Below are positions 35,369 through 47,723 of a DNA stretch of 64,000 nt, piece after piece. The translations under genes were made by a program, and so were the position numbers. Within the stretch, counting starts at the first letter, position 1; each line of letters starts with the position of its first letter. Below the pieces are notes generated by a model. The model had not been told where the DNA came from. It worked only from the letters and a program-made list of their open reading frames with translations, and searched no databases. The DNA is from Massalongia carnosa (Eukaryota): positions 930,001 to 994,000 of the forward strand of contig OZ287081.1 in NCBI GenBank assembly GCA_965645245.1. The letters run 5' to 3'.

Positions 35369-38060
35369 ATGAGATTCGCGGCCTACGCTAGCGTAGGTAT
35401 TCTAGTTTTTTATCTGCAGACTGCTCTATCTAACACATCAAATTATGCTCTAGACTTCGATGGTGTTGGCAAGCGGCGCCATGGTTCAGGCTCTACATCA
35501 AAGGTCGAACTTTTACTCAGTTTGTGTCCATCTGGCTCAGAGTAATGCCTGCCTAATGGTGTGTGAGATCCAACTAGTAGGCATGAGATAAAGGCCATCG
35601 CACTGATCTCATTTGCAGATTTTAACGAATTTGGCCCTGCTTGGGTTATGTACTACGATGCTCGGGCTTCAAAGATTGTTCTACGGTCCATTACGTCCCA
35701 TTGAAATAGAGCAGTTGTACGAGAAAGCTTGGTTTGCTATCACCGAGACTTGCCTTGCTATGACCATCTTCCGGGATGAAGTGGGCGGATGGTTTTTGGT
35801 TATGTTTGTTAGCCTTCTGCTTAGCAAAGTCTGGGGCTGGATTGGTGAAGGTCGGGTTGAGTTGTTGGAACAGCAGCCACCAACCGATCCCCGCCTATTC
35901 CATGCCCGTCTCTCCTTCTCACTCATCATATCATTATTGTTCAACGTCTCTCTACTTCGATATTCAATCAAGACTGTATTACTGCAGGCGCGTCCTAACA
36001 TGATGGTTATGTTTGCCTTTGAGTTTGCTGTGCTGTTTGTCACTTCTTTGTCCTCTGCGGCTCGATATATGATATCTCTTCGGGAGTCAGCTGTGATAAA
36101 ACATCAGATCAAAGCCCGTCGAGCCCAGATTATGCAGGATCGAGAGCAAACTCGACAGAACACCGTATCAGAATCGAACCATTCTAGTGGCATCCCTTCC
36201 CCTGGAGGCGAAAGCACAGGAAGTGAAATTGATGCTTTCGATATCGACGTTCCTGGTTGGGAGGAGAAGGGAAGATGGTTATTCTATTTAGATCTTGCGA
36301 CAGGTGAGGATCAAAATTTTCACCGTTTCCCATCCATACATTAACAAAGTTCAGATTTCTCCAAGCTCATTCTCTATCTCACTTTTTTTTGCGTTCTTTG
36401 CATGTTCTACGGCATGCCAATACACATCATTCGTGATGTGGCTATGACAATTCGTTCATTTTACAAACGCATTAACGATTTTGTTCGTTATCGACAAGCA
36501 ACCCGAGACATGAATACAAGATATCCAGATGCAACACCTGATGAGATTTCGAGGGAAGATGTCTGTATTATCTGCCGGGAAGATATGAGTGTGTGGAGAC
36601 CCCCAGGTCAAAATGTTGCAGAGCCACCTGATGCGCTAGGGAACAACATCCCCAGTTCTTCATTTCTGAATGAGCGTCTTAGACCTAAAAAACTACCTTG
36701 TGGCCATATCCTTCATTTCGCGTGTCTTCGCAGTTGGCTCGAGCGCCAACAAAACTGTCCCACCTGCCGTGCCCCAGTACTCAATAGCAACCCTGCAGTC
36801 TCCAATCTTATACCAGTTCCCCCAAATCAACAAGGTGCACCTAACCAGCAACCCCAAAATCCAGAGCATAGAGCCGCTGCCGCTGATCTTCGACAGCCTC
36901 CTGGGCGACCGAACGTTTTTAATTTAGGACCGTTTCGGTTGGTATTCGGAAGACAGGGACTCGTTCAACAAATCATCAACCCTCGTCCCCTTGATATACA
37001 GGGTATTGCTCCTGTGGCCGCAGACGTGGAGGATGTTGGAAATACCGCCGGACTCGTTCGTCAAGTTCCTGTCGTTGAACAACGGACAATCGCCGATGTT
37101 ACTCCGACGAGTATACAAAATCAGCTTTATAACTTGGAGCAGCAGCTGATACGAGACATCAATGGTCTTCAGGCGCAGGCAGACCAGTTATATCTTGTGA
37201 GTGCGCTTCAGGATGAGTTGACAAGGTTACGTGCAACGCAAGCACACCCAGGCGTCAGGGTCAGCAACCCTCAGCTAGCAATAGCCCATGGTCAAGTCCA
37301 CCGCTCTTCGTTGCGGGTAGGACATCTGCTCTCAAGTCCACCGTCAATGGAAGTTTCTCAACAACATCAACAACAACAACCACACCTAACGTCTGAAGGC
37401 CGAGAATTGCCTGTTGGTATGAGTATACCCGATGGGTGGAGCATACTTCCGCTGCGAAGATTTCCTAGAAGCTCAGATTTAACATTTAACGCAACAAGCT
37501 TGCTGACCACTTCTGACAATCTCCTTCGACAGAATATGGACGACTCTATTGAACAAGAAGGGGTACCTACTGTGATCAATTCTTCTGAAACCCTTCCGAC
37601 ATACAACGCTTCGAATATCTCAACAAACAATCAAAGCGCTCAAACGGAGTCGACGACTGTCCCAGGCCACGAAAATCGGAATTTATCTGTTCATTCTTGG
37701 CTAGGTGAAAACGCAGCAGTGACTCGAAACTTGACCGGAGATGAAAATTACAGCGAAACTCGGCAGATCTGTGGGAGCCAGGAAGATATAGTGAATAGAT
37801 CAGGCTCGGGAACTCAGGAGTTTGCCCATATTCCATCATCACCACCTTCGCAGCCAAGGTGGAACTTAAGTTCTGGGTCAATGAATCAGGATCAGCGTCA
37901 CAACTTAACCAGCAATGAGTACTCAAATACTTTCAATAATGGGCAAACGAATGCAAACGGCGACGTGGAAGAGAAGCTGAATAATAGAACAGATTATAGT
38001 GGAGTTAAGAACATGAAAAACTCAGCGACAGTAGAAGATTACATTGAAGAGGAAGAGTAA
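35369..38060 (+). CDS. HRD1: ERAD E3 ubiquitin ligase Hrd1; exons 35369-35392, 35454-35558, 35619-36303, 36355-38060
   Basis: LFYGPLRPIEIEQLYEKAWFAITETCLAMTIFR; RING-H2 CIICREDM...CGHILHFACLRSWLERQQNCPTCR. Confidence 0.95.
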
Positions 38061-38142
38061 ATTCAATTTTTTTTCTTCAATATCTGACTATTTCATTAAA
38101 TGTATTTATATCCAAACAAATACTCGTAAATTATATTTTTGT

Positions 38143-38167
38143 TGTTGAAGATAGGTATATGACTATG
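38143..38167 (-). repeat. 25-bp stub of a copia LTR end
   Basis: TGTTGAAGATAGGTATATGACTATG matches 2961-2984 apart from one extra G. Confidence 0.7.
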
Positions 38168-39020
38168 ATGATGATGATGATGTATTCATACTCCGATATG
38201 ACACCGGCCGTAGGCCGGCCCATGCGGGCAAAGCTATCTAAGTTATGTTACATGGAAAACCTTTCACAGGTGTAAAAACCATATCCCATGATACCCGTCC
38301 GATGTGACTACGGGTCGACGTCGAGCGGGAGACGCAGTGCAAAAGACGTGTGGGAACTGTAATGCCTTGTGAAAAGAGAAGAAAGAAAGAAAGTTTCAAC
38401 TACTGTTGATTGTACAATAATGTTAATGCTAGTGAGAACTGATTCAATAAGCCTGTTTTCATTAGCCAAGCAGTTAGTATCTTCAGAGTTTTTGATGATT
38501 CGGTCAGCTGCTGATAGTCGCTCGTGCCGGCGGCGCGAAACATCTGTTCTCTATTGTCAGTAAGTCTGCAGAACATGATTACATGTTCTGGAGTTTGTCT
38601 GTGCCAGCCACATGAGCAGGCCGGTGAGGTGACGGAGGGCACCCGTCGCTTGTAGAGGAAGTCAGCTAACCCAATCTTGCCAGTGCGGATTTGTGTTGTT
38701 AGAGCGCTTTCTGCCTTTTTTAGCTGCTTGTGTATATTCAGTCGTTTTTTGCTCAGTGTCACGGTACTGCCTCGCTAGCACCCGAATCGAGTCACGGCGC
38801 TAAGGCTTGAATGATAAGCGAGGGCTAGGCTCAGCATTGTTAGCGCGATCAACGGAAAGATTATATCTTTGCTTGAGATTTTCTTTCTTCCTTGTCGAAC
38901 GTCTTGTAAATATCCGATAGCCTACCTATAGCAAAGACTTCGTACCACCTGATCTTATCTCATTGAGTCCGTCTCGTCACACTACGTTCGACCTACCCTA
39001 TCAGCTGGTACGCCTTTGCC

Positions 39021-40199
39021 ATGGCCGAAGCATCGCCCCCGTCCCCATACATCGTTCCAACTCCTCCCGTTTCCGTGGGTTCTGCGGAAAATTTGTTGTC
39101 CGCAGTTCAATCTAATCCCATAACCTGGTATGAGTATATGCAGCGCCTGGATCTATTCGCCCACGATGCCAGCACGCATCTGGATACCAATGATCGCGAT
39201 TTAGCAGAGGCGAATCACGCGATCCTAGATTTGAACAACAGACTGGCTGGCAGTAACGCGATAGCTGCCGAGCTTCGCGAACAAATACGATCCGCCCCCA
39301 CCCCAGTCGCACATTCATCTCCGCGTTCAGAGAAACATCCTGATCCGCCTCTATACGGCGGAGACAGAGCCGAATTACGCACATGGACTACTCAGCTGCG
39401 TCTGAAACTCTTGATGAACGCAGATCGATACCCCACCGTGCCAGGAAAATTAGCGTACGCGATAAGTCGTCTCAAGGATACGGCCTTGTATCAGATACGT
39501 CCTTATATCAAAGATGACGACACTATCGATCTGCGCGATGTTAGCGAGCTGATTACCAAGCTGGAGCTGGCCTTCGGTGATCCGGACAGAAAGGGCACCG
39601 CACAGCGAGAACTTCGTCGCCTCCAGTAAGCAAACCGAGAATTCCATGTATATCTGGCCGAGTATCAGCGGTTGATCCCCGATACTGGATACAACGAAGA
39701 GGCGAAACGATCGATCCTGCTAGAAGGCATTAGTAATGAGCTAAAAAGCGCCATCCTGACGCTTGATCTTCCGACCGACCTAGACGAGGTCATTCAGATT
39801 CTCCAGAAGATCGACAACCGCTACCGCGCCACCCAGGCCTCCATCCGCAAAGCTGGGACTGTCTTTAGCAACACATCACGATCTAGCTCTGCACCCACTA
39901 TCGCCGCTGTCAGCAAACCCACACCCGCTCCCGCTCCCACCGTCACCACCACCACCAAAATCTCCGCACCCCCCTCCTCTGACGCCATGGATCTATCAGT
40001 ATCTCGTCATCGAGGCCCTCTTACCCCCGCCGAGAAATCACGAAGAATGAACGAAGGATTGTGCATGTATTGCGGGGGATCTGGACATTTTGCGCAATCC
40101 TGCCCGCTATCCTCGTCCAAAACACGCCCGCGATTCCAAGTCTCTGAAATGGAACAGAAGACTGTTGATTTGGGGGGAAAAGTACAGTCTCCGAACTAA
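39021..40199 (+). pseudogene. gag: E4 gag with in-frame TAA (39627-39629)
   Basis: SEKHPDPPLYGG, DAMDLS, CMYCGGSGHFAQSC. Confidence 0.9.
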
Positions 40200-43100
40200 G
40201 TCGCGTTCGGAGACCAACACGGAACAAGTGTATTTCAATATCAGCATTTTCCTTGTCCACCAAAGCTTTGCCAGAAGAAGAATTAGATGGCAACAATTTG
40301 GTGATATCAATGGTTGTATCCATAGGTAATCGTCAAATAAAGACCTATGCACTAGTTGACTGTGGAGCATCTGGTTTTGCTTTTATTGACTCTTCGTTCG
40401 CGCGCCGTCATTCCCTGCCCCTATCCCCCTTGAAGCAATCTCGTATCCTCGAATTAGCCGATGGACAACCCATCTCCTCTGGTGAAATCACTCACCTAGC
40501 CAAGTTACGTCTTCAAACCGCCACGCATTCCGAGCCCGCCAACCTTCTCGTCACCAATTTGGGCCACTACCCCATCGTTCTAGGGATCAAGTGGCTACAG
40601 ATACACGACACCAGCATACGATGGGCTGGAAACACTCTCTCGTTCACGTCACCATACTGTCTTCAGCACTGCCTCGAGAATCATGAACCCAACACTGTCG
40701 TCGGAATAAGCAACGTTCCAGAACTTCGTGCAGAGAAGGAGCACCCCGCCGCAGTCACGAAAGTCACTAGTCCGGAACAACGAACATCCGCTTCAGACCA
40801 GCCCGGCCGGTCTGAAGGAAAGGGCGCTAAATTGAAGAGGTCTAGCGCTCCCTCCTTCGACCAATCAGACCCAGACCCAAGACCCAAGACCCAAGACCCC
40901 GCCCGAGACCGAGAAACCTGAGACCGAGAAACCTGAGACCGAGAAACCTGAGACCGAGAAACCTGAGACCGAGAAACCTGAGACCGAGAAACCCGAGATC
41001 AAGAAACCCCTGAATATCTGCATGATAGGAGCCGCCCCTTTTGTCCGTCTTGCGCGGAAAAAGGACTGCGAACTATTTACCGTGAACCTTAGAGACATTG
41101 AACGAGCCCTGACCCCGAAACCGGAAGTTGATCCCGCTACAATATTGCCGCCGGAGTATCACGAATTTCTTGATGTATTTTCCAAGAATGAAGCTGATAA
41201 ACTGCCCGAACGCCGTAGCTATGACCACACTATTCTGCTGATGGAAGGGAAAGAACCCACGTATGGACCCTTGTATGGCATGAGCCGAGATGAATTGCTG
41301 GTACTGCAGAAGTATCTTACCGAGAATTTGGAGAAAGGATTATTCGTTCAAGTTCTTCCCCCGCCGCGTCCCCAGTACTGTTTGTCAGAAAGCCGGGCGG
41401 AGGCCTGCGCTTTTGCGTTGATTATAGAGCATTGAACGCTATGACTATCAAAAACAGATATCCCCTGCCCCTGATCAGAGAAACTCTAGACCGCCTGAGT
41501 AAAGCATGCATTTTTACTAAGCTAGATATAGTCGCCGCATTCAATCGCCTTCGTATGGCCTATGGAGAGGAGTGGAAAACCGCCTTTCGGACAAGATACG
41601 GTTTGTTTGAATATCTCGTTATGCCCTTCGGTCTCGCCAATGCACCCAGTTCGTTTCAGCATTATATCAATGATGTTTTACGAGAATATCTCGATATATT
41701 CTGTACCGCTTATATCGACGATATATTAATCTACAGTAGTTCCATGAAAGAACATAAGGGTCATGTCACCAAAGTTTTGAAGGCTCTGCAAAAAGCGGGG
41801 TTACAACTGGATATTTCGAAATGCGAATTCCATGTAACGGAGACAATATATCTTGGATTTATTATTTCGGATAAAGGCATAAAAATGGACCCTAAGAAAA
41901 TAGAGACCATAAAGAACTGGAATACCCCGGAGAACCTCAAGGATGTGCAGGCGTTTATAGGATTTGCGAATTTCTACAGACGGTTTGTGAAATCCTTTTC
42001 GAAGATCGCTGCCCCCCTCACCGCTATGTCCAAAAAGATTACGCCATTCGTGTGGACCGAAGAGTGTGCAAAGGCCTTTAAAATCTTAAAGGATGTGTTC
42101 TCCAGTGACACCATACTAATTCATTTCGACCCTGATAAGGAAAGCATAGTGGAAACAGATTCTTCCGACTATGTAAGCGCAGGAGTACTATCGCAGTATG
42201 AGGTAGAGGGTGTACTTAAACCAGTAGCCTTCTTTTCCAAAAGACTATCGCCAGCGGAGTGTAATTATGAAATCTATGATAAAGAACTTCTGGCCATTAT
42301 CAGAGCTTTTGAAGAATGGAGACCCGAATTGCAAGGAGCAGCACATCCAGTAAAGGTAATAACAGACCATAAGAATCTCGAGTATTTCACTACCACTAAG
42401 CAACTCAGCAGGCGCCAGGCAAGATGGGCCGAATTTTTATCACGATTCGACTTTAAGATAGGTTACAGACCAGGGAAACAAGGAGAAAAACCAGATTCTT
42501 TGACTAGAAGATCAGGAGATCTTCCTAAAGAGGGGGACCTGAGACTGGAACATCAGAATCAGGTGGTACTAAAACCCCATAATTTCGAACTTCTGGCTAA
42601 TAATCTGCCTCGCCTGACCGATATTACCAACGATGACGCTGATACGGATAATGATCTAGAAACCGAACATGAAGACTCCGAGAAATCTATCGAGGAATTG
42701 ATGAATCAAGGATACGAGCTGGACCCATTCCCCAATAGCATTTTGACTCTTCTTCGAAACGGTGCTAGCCATAGCAAGGATATAACTCTGGCCGAATGCG
42801 AAGACCGAGATGGGAGACTATATTACCGCGAACGCCTATACGTACCCGATTTCCATGATTTGAGACTCAGACTATGCAAGGAACACCACGATAGCCCTGT
42901 CGCCGGTCATCCCGGTAGAGCCAAAACTTTCGGTTTACTATCTCGAACTTATTATTGGCCCCAGTACCATCATTTCGTAGCACGATACGTACAGAACTGT
43001 CACGTATGTTCTCGTAGCAAAGCTTCCCGTCATCCAAAGTACGGTATGTTAAGACCTCTGCCCATTCCTCAGCAACGCTGGAGAGATATTTCCATGGACT

Positions 43101-44173
43101 TTGTAAGCGGCATACCCGAATCCGGTAGTGACAAGAAAGACGCAATCCTGGTTGTAGTTGATCGACTCACCAAGATGAAGCATTACATACCGTGTAAAGA
43201 GACTAACAACGCTCACGATTTAGCCAAGTTGTATCTGCAGAATGTATGGAAATTACACGGCCTGCCCGAATCAATAGTCTCGGATCGCGGTGGGCAGTTC
43301 ATCTCGGAATTCTGGAAGGCTCTATGAGAAAGACTAGGAATTAAGTCGGCCCTATCCACATCCTTTCACCCGGAGACAGATGGCCAAACGGAACGATTCA
43401 ATGCAGTCATGGAATCATATTTAAGAGGCTACGTAAATTACATGCAAGATGACTGGGAAGAATGGCTACCAATGGCAGAGTTCACTAGCAACAATGTTGG
43501 TTCCGAGACCACTACGACAAGTCCCTTTCTAGCGAATTATGGCTTCCACCCACGTCTAGGTTTCGAACCTCTCTCTCGCACCAACACCTCCCCAGAGCTC
43601 ACCAATGCTGATGAATTTGCTACCAAGATGGAAGAGATTAATGCCCACCTTCAAGATGAAATGCGATTGTCTCAAGCTCGGTATGAATCCACTGCTAATT
43701 ATCATAGAACCCCCGCCCCGTCGTTTCGCGTAGGAGACGAAGTCTGGTTGAATGCTAAGAACATCAAAACCAAGCGACCTTCTAAAAAGCTGGATTGGAA
43801 GAAGTTAGGAAAATTTACCATCAAGCGAGTAGTAAGTAAGTATGCTTACGAACTTGATCTCCCCACCTCTATAAAAATACACCCTGTATTCCACGTTTCT
43901 CTGCTAGAGCCGGTTGCTCAGAACCCACACGATGGCCAAATTCCTCCACCTGCCCCGCCGGTTGAAGTTGAAGGTGAAGAAGAGTGGGAGGTGGAGAGTA
44001 TTCTTGATTCGAGATTTTTCCGAAGACGACTGCAATATCTTGTTAAGTGGGCCGGCCATGAAGCACCTAGTTGGAACGAAGAAAAGGACATCACTCACTG
44101 CGAAGATTTATTACGAGAATATCACCAACTGAGGCCTACCAAACCTAGAGGTTCTCGCGGAGCTCAAACCTAA
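40175..44173 (+). pseudogene. pol: E4 pol with two frameshifts (~40880, ~41340) and TGA at 43325
   Basis: LVDCGAS, YIDD, ETDSSD, integrase core, EEWEVESIL...YLVKWAG chromodomain. Confidence 0.92.
40866..40994. repeat. 6/7-bp CA(A)GACC repeats followed by six 15-bp GAGACCGAGAAACCT repeats in the E4 PR-RT spacer
   Basis: 15-mers start at 40905, 40920, 40935, 40950, 40965, 40980; encode (ETEKP)n. Confidence 0.92.
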
Positions 44174-45216
44174 AGAGGAGACTTGATGTCACGGTACTGC
44201 CTCGCTAGCACCCGAATCGAGTCACGGCGCTAAGGCTTAAATGATAAGCGAGGGCTAGGCTCAGCATGGTTAGCGCGATCAACGGAAAGATTATATCTTT
44301 GTTGAGATTTTCTTTCTTCCTTGTCGAACGTCTTGTAAATATCCGATAGCCTACCTATACCAAAGACTTCGTACCACCTGATCTTATCTCATTGAGTCCG
44401 TCTCGTCACACTCAGTGGGACTGATTGTGCTATAGAGGGTTCGATGACGCGATTTTGATATGCGCACCACGAGTCGTTCCAGACATTAATTTGGCGTGCT
44501 TTAATTGTTTGCATCTGCTTGTGTCGGGCCGTTGCCGCAACGGTAGCTTCGCGGTGCCACGCCAGGTAGACTTCGAACCATGGTGGGTGTGCCTTTGGTG
44601 GTTGAACTATTTTTGAGTCGATCAGTAGGCTTTTGGCCCAGATGTGTTTTAGCTCTCCCGGGGTGGGCTTTTGAAGTCGTTTGCGACCTGCCTTGCCTCG
44701 AAGTTTTTCAGCTATTTTGTTGCATGCGGAGGAGATGATCTTCAATTGGCCTCCGGCTCGGAGCCGGTGCCTTGCCTGTGCTTGTAGCATGTCAAGATGC
44801 GTGTCTATAGGCGCTATGAATATCTCTGCTTCTAGTACTGAGATGGGAGTAGCTTTAAAGGCACCGGCTATGGTGCGAAGGCAATTGTTTTGCATAACGG
44901 AGAGCTTGCTAGTTGACGTTTTTGACTTCTTTGGGCATGTGCCATACGGTTGACCCATATGTCATGGCCGGACGCACCACGGCACTGTAAACTTGCCTTG
45001 CCTTGGCGAAGGTGGCACCCCAGGTTGATATGGAAATTTTTGTCAATACTATGGATTGTTTGACCATTTTCTCTTGCGTTTTGCGAACGTGCGGTCCCTA
45101 TTTCAATTTGGTTTCGATTTGTAGACCCAATACTCTGATGTCCGTTTTTGGTTCAATTTCGGTGCTAGCAATATTGATTGATGAAGTCATGTTGAATCTT
45201 TTGGGATTTCTGGACA

Positions 45217-45664
45217 TGTCAAGAACTGGGCAGGGGATTGAACTAATGTTCCTAGGAATTGGATTGGGTGATCAAGATGTCTTTATTAATAAGGCTATAG
45301 CTAGGTAATGGATTGCTATACAAGACGTCGGACAAGGAGTCAACTATCTAATTAACTTGTCCTTCCTTTTATATTTGTCTCGAACCCCTTTGCATAAAGA
45401 TTCGATCAGTGTTCATCTCCCCCTATTAGGAGACGTACGGCACGAAGGTTTGACGAGGTGTTTGACGATAAAAGGTGGAGATGAGGTTCTCCTGTCGTTG
45501 GTACGCTTTGATGGTGATGGTACAGCTTTGACCTGAAGCCGTTGAGAGGGGTCTAAACTCGATTTAGTTAATAAGATTCTGACTAAGCTGAATAGAGGAA
45601 CGGGAGCTTAGTCAGATTTATCTGCGGGATTGATTCTGGATCGGGTTGGTTCGATTTCATGACA
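45217..45664 (-). mobile_element. Solo LTR (448 bp), related to the E2 LTR
   Basis: TGTCA...TGACA ends; TSD GGACA (45212-45216, 45665-45669); minus strand starts TGTCATGAAA and contains CCTTGTCCGACGTCTTG as in E2. Confidence 0.9.
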
Positions 45665-47723
45665 GGACAAGTGTATGAGTTCGTACTTCGTCGGAGCAAA
45701 TACTGACCCGTGCTGGGAAGCCCCCGTCTTATATTATCTGTGTATTGCCTCTAGAGTTTTGCAGTTTTCCTCGGTGCTTTTCCGTATGCCAAAATGTTTG
45801 CGTCGTCTACGAATCCTATGGCACTTGTGTTTTTGCCTGGTCGATCACATATTTCCAATAGATCTGCATTGTAAAATAGGTAAGAATGGATGACAGGGGA
45901 GAGCCCTGCGGGAACCCGTTCTTACCGCAAACCGCCCGGTGACTTTTCGATTTATTGCTAAATTGGTGCTTCGATCGCTTAGAAAGCTGTTTAACCAGTC
46001 GGTGATCCATTTTGGAATTTTTCTTTTCCGTAGGTTGTGCGTTAGTCGTTGATGTTATACCGTATCGAACGCGCCGGCGACGTCCATGCTTAGCAGTGTG
46101 GCTACTTTGTCTATTCCCTGTCCCTAAATCGTATGAACCTATTCAGTTAGCAGTTCCAGTGCTGGTTCTGTGGATCTACCCTTCCTTGCTCCCATCCATG
46201 TGTCGGGTAGGAGCCGGTATATTTCCGCTAGATAGGTTATTTTCAATCCAATAATGGATTCCATAACTTTACTGAGCGTGTTGAGAAGTGCAATTGGTCG
46301 GTAGGCTTTCGGCGTTGTATAGTCTCCTTTGCCTATTTTATTCAGCGCTATTGTGTTTGCCATTTTGAAAGCCCGCGGGTGGTACGAGTGTGTGACGTAC
46401 GCCTGAAACAGAGGTGTTAGTAGTTCGACAAGTTTTTCATTGTATGCTTTGAGTACTCTATTAGATATGCCGTCTAGGCCCGGTGCCTTATCGGACTTGA
46501 GCCGACTCAGGGCCGTCGATACTTCTGACTTGGTGATAATTATTGGGCAGTGCGGCGATGCAGGATAGAAGGATCCTTCTATGTCGCTTAGGTCGGCAGG
46601 TGGTGGTGCGGGAAAGAAGACACCTTTCAGCATTTCGGCTTTTTGGTCAAACGTGTCTGCTACTTGGTCATTGAATTTTAGCATCGGCATTTTGGATAGT
46701 TCTCTAGATAGATGACTTTTATTTTTGGCCCATTTCGCTAGCCGCCATAGTCCCTGAGGCGTTTCGGTGGCCTTAATGATTTCATGACGCAAGTTTATTC
46801 TCTTTATCTTTTGAATGATTTTCTGTTTTTTATCATTGGATTTTATATAGTTAGACCAGTCCGTTAGGTCTAACGTGCTAGACCATAGGGGGCGTAGTTT
46901 CCTTGTGGCTTTAGTGGTAATACTACATTCTTCTGTCCAGAATAACTTACCATATTCGCTAGATTTTGTCCATCGAACTGCTTCGTTGATGACATTTTGG
47001 AGAAAATTTTGAATCGATTCCGTGTACGCATCAATGTCGGCAGTGGTGCGAGGAGACTCTAGTATAGGGGCGTGTCGTTCGTCCTCCCTTAATTTTCCAG
47101 GTTTAGAAGTTTCCATGCTCTGCGTTTGGTTTTCGGTTGCGGCTCGCTTCCGAGTAGGATGCGGGTTGATATCGGTACGTAATCGGACGATTGATTCAAT
47201 TCTGGTCTGGACATGCAGTTTTCGACTCTTTCGACTAGATATTCTGACACGAAAACCAAATCTATCGTGCTAGACGTGTTTCTTGCTTCCCATGTTACGG
47301 TGCCTTTCGGCAGTGTCAACGAAAGATTATGATCATCGATTATTTCTAGTAATTGAGCAAGAAGGAAAAGGAAAAGGAAAAGGAAACCTCAGCAGCGTAT
47401 TGTGTGGGTCTTGAGGGACCATTCCAAAAGGGATGATGGAGGTTGAAATCTCCAAGTAGTATGTAATACGCATCGGCGGTAAGCATGCTCCGAGCCACCG
47501 ATAAATGAATAGGAGGTGGGAGAGGGGTTATACACATTATGGACGTGATTTGTTCCCATAACGCCTTCGGTGTAGGTCTTTATATTCAAAGTGCACATGT
47601 CGGCCGAGGCGAATTCCACCTCCCAGCTGTCAGTATCTATTAGGTCGTTGACATAAAAAACACTCTGGTGTCACCTCCTGGGCGGTATAGGAGGTGAAAG
47701 CCGCTTTAATGAGAATTAAGCGA

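Larger units (their letters stand above)
38757..44410 (+). mobile_element. Full-length decayed Ty3/gypsy chromovirus E4
   Basis: LTRs 38757-38981 (225 bp) and 44187-44410 (224 bp), 3 substitutions + 1 indel; TSD CTCAG (38752-38756, 44411-44415); PPT 44172-44181. Confidence 0.96.
38168..47723 (-). mobile_element. Degenerate Tad1-like LINE L-a (EN, RT, C-terminal CCHC, (CAT)n tail), split by E4 and a solo LTR, cut by E5
   Basis: GDFNLHH and STIDLVF endonuclease, KAPGLDG/YRPIALLN/PQGSPLS/FVDD RT, CSCGWHRQTPEHVIMFC; pieces 38168-38756, 44416-45216, 45670-47723. Confidence 0.9.

Noticed and set aside
27789..38060. Gene island as cargo of a giant element (Starship-like)
   Set aside because: No tyrosine-recombinase captain or shared flanking ends; the genes are ordinary housekeeping types.
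47364..47386. GGAAAA repeats as a slippery site
   Set aside because: Local microsatellite in a decayed LINE, antisense to the ORF and without a hairpin.
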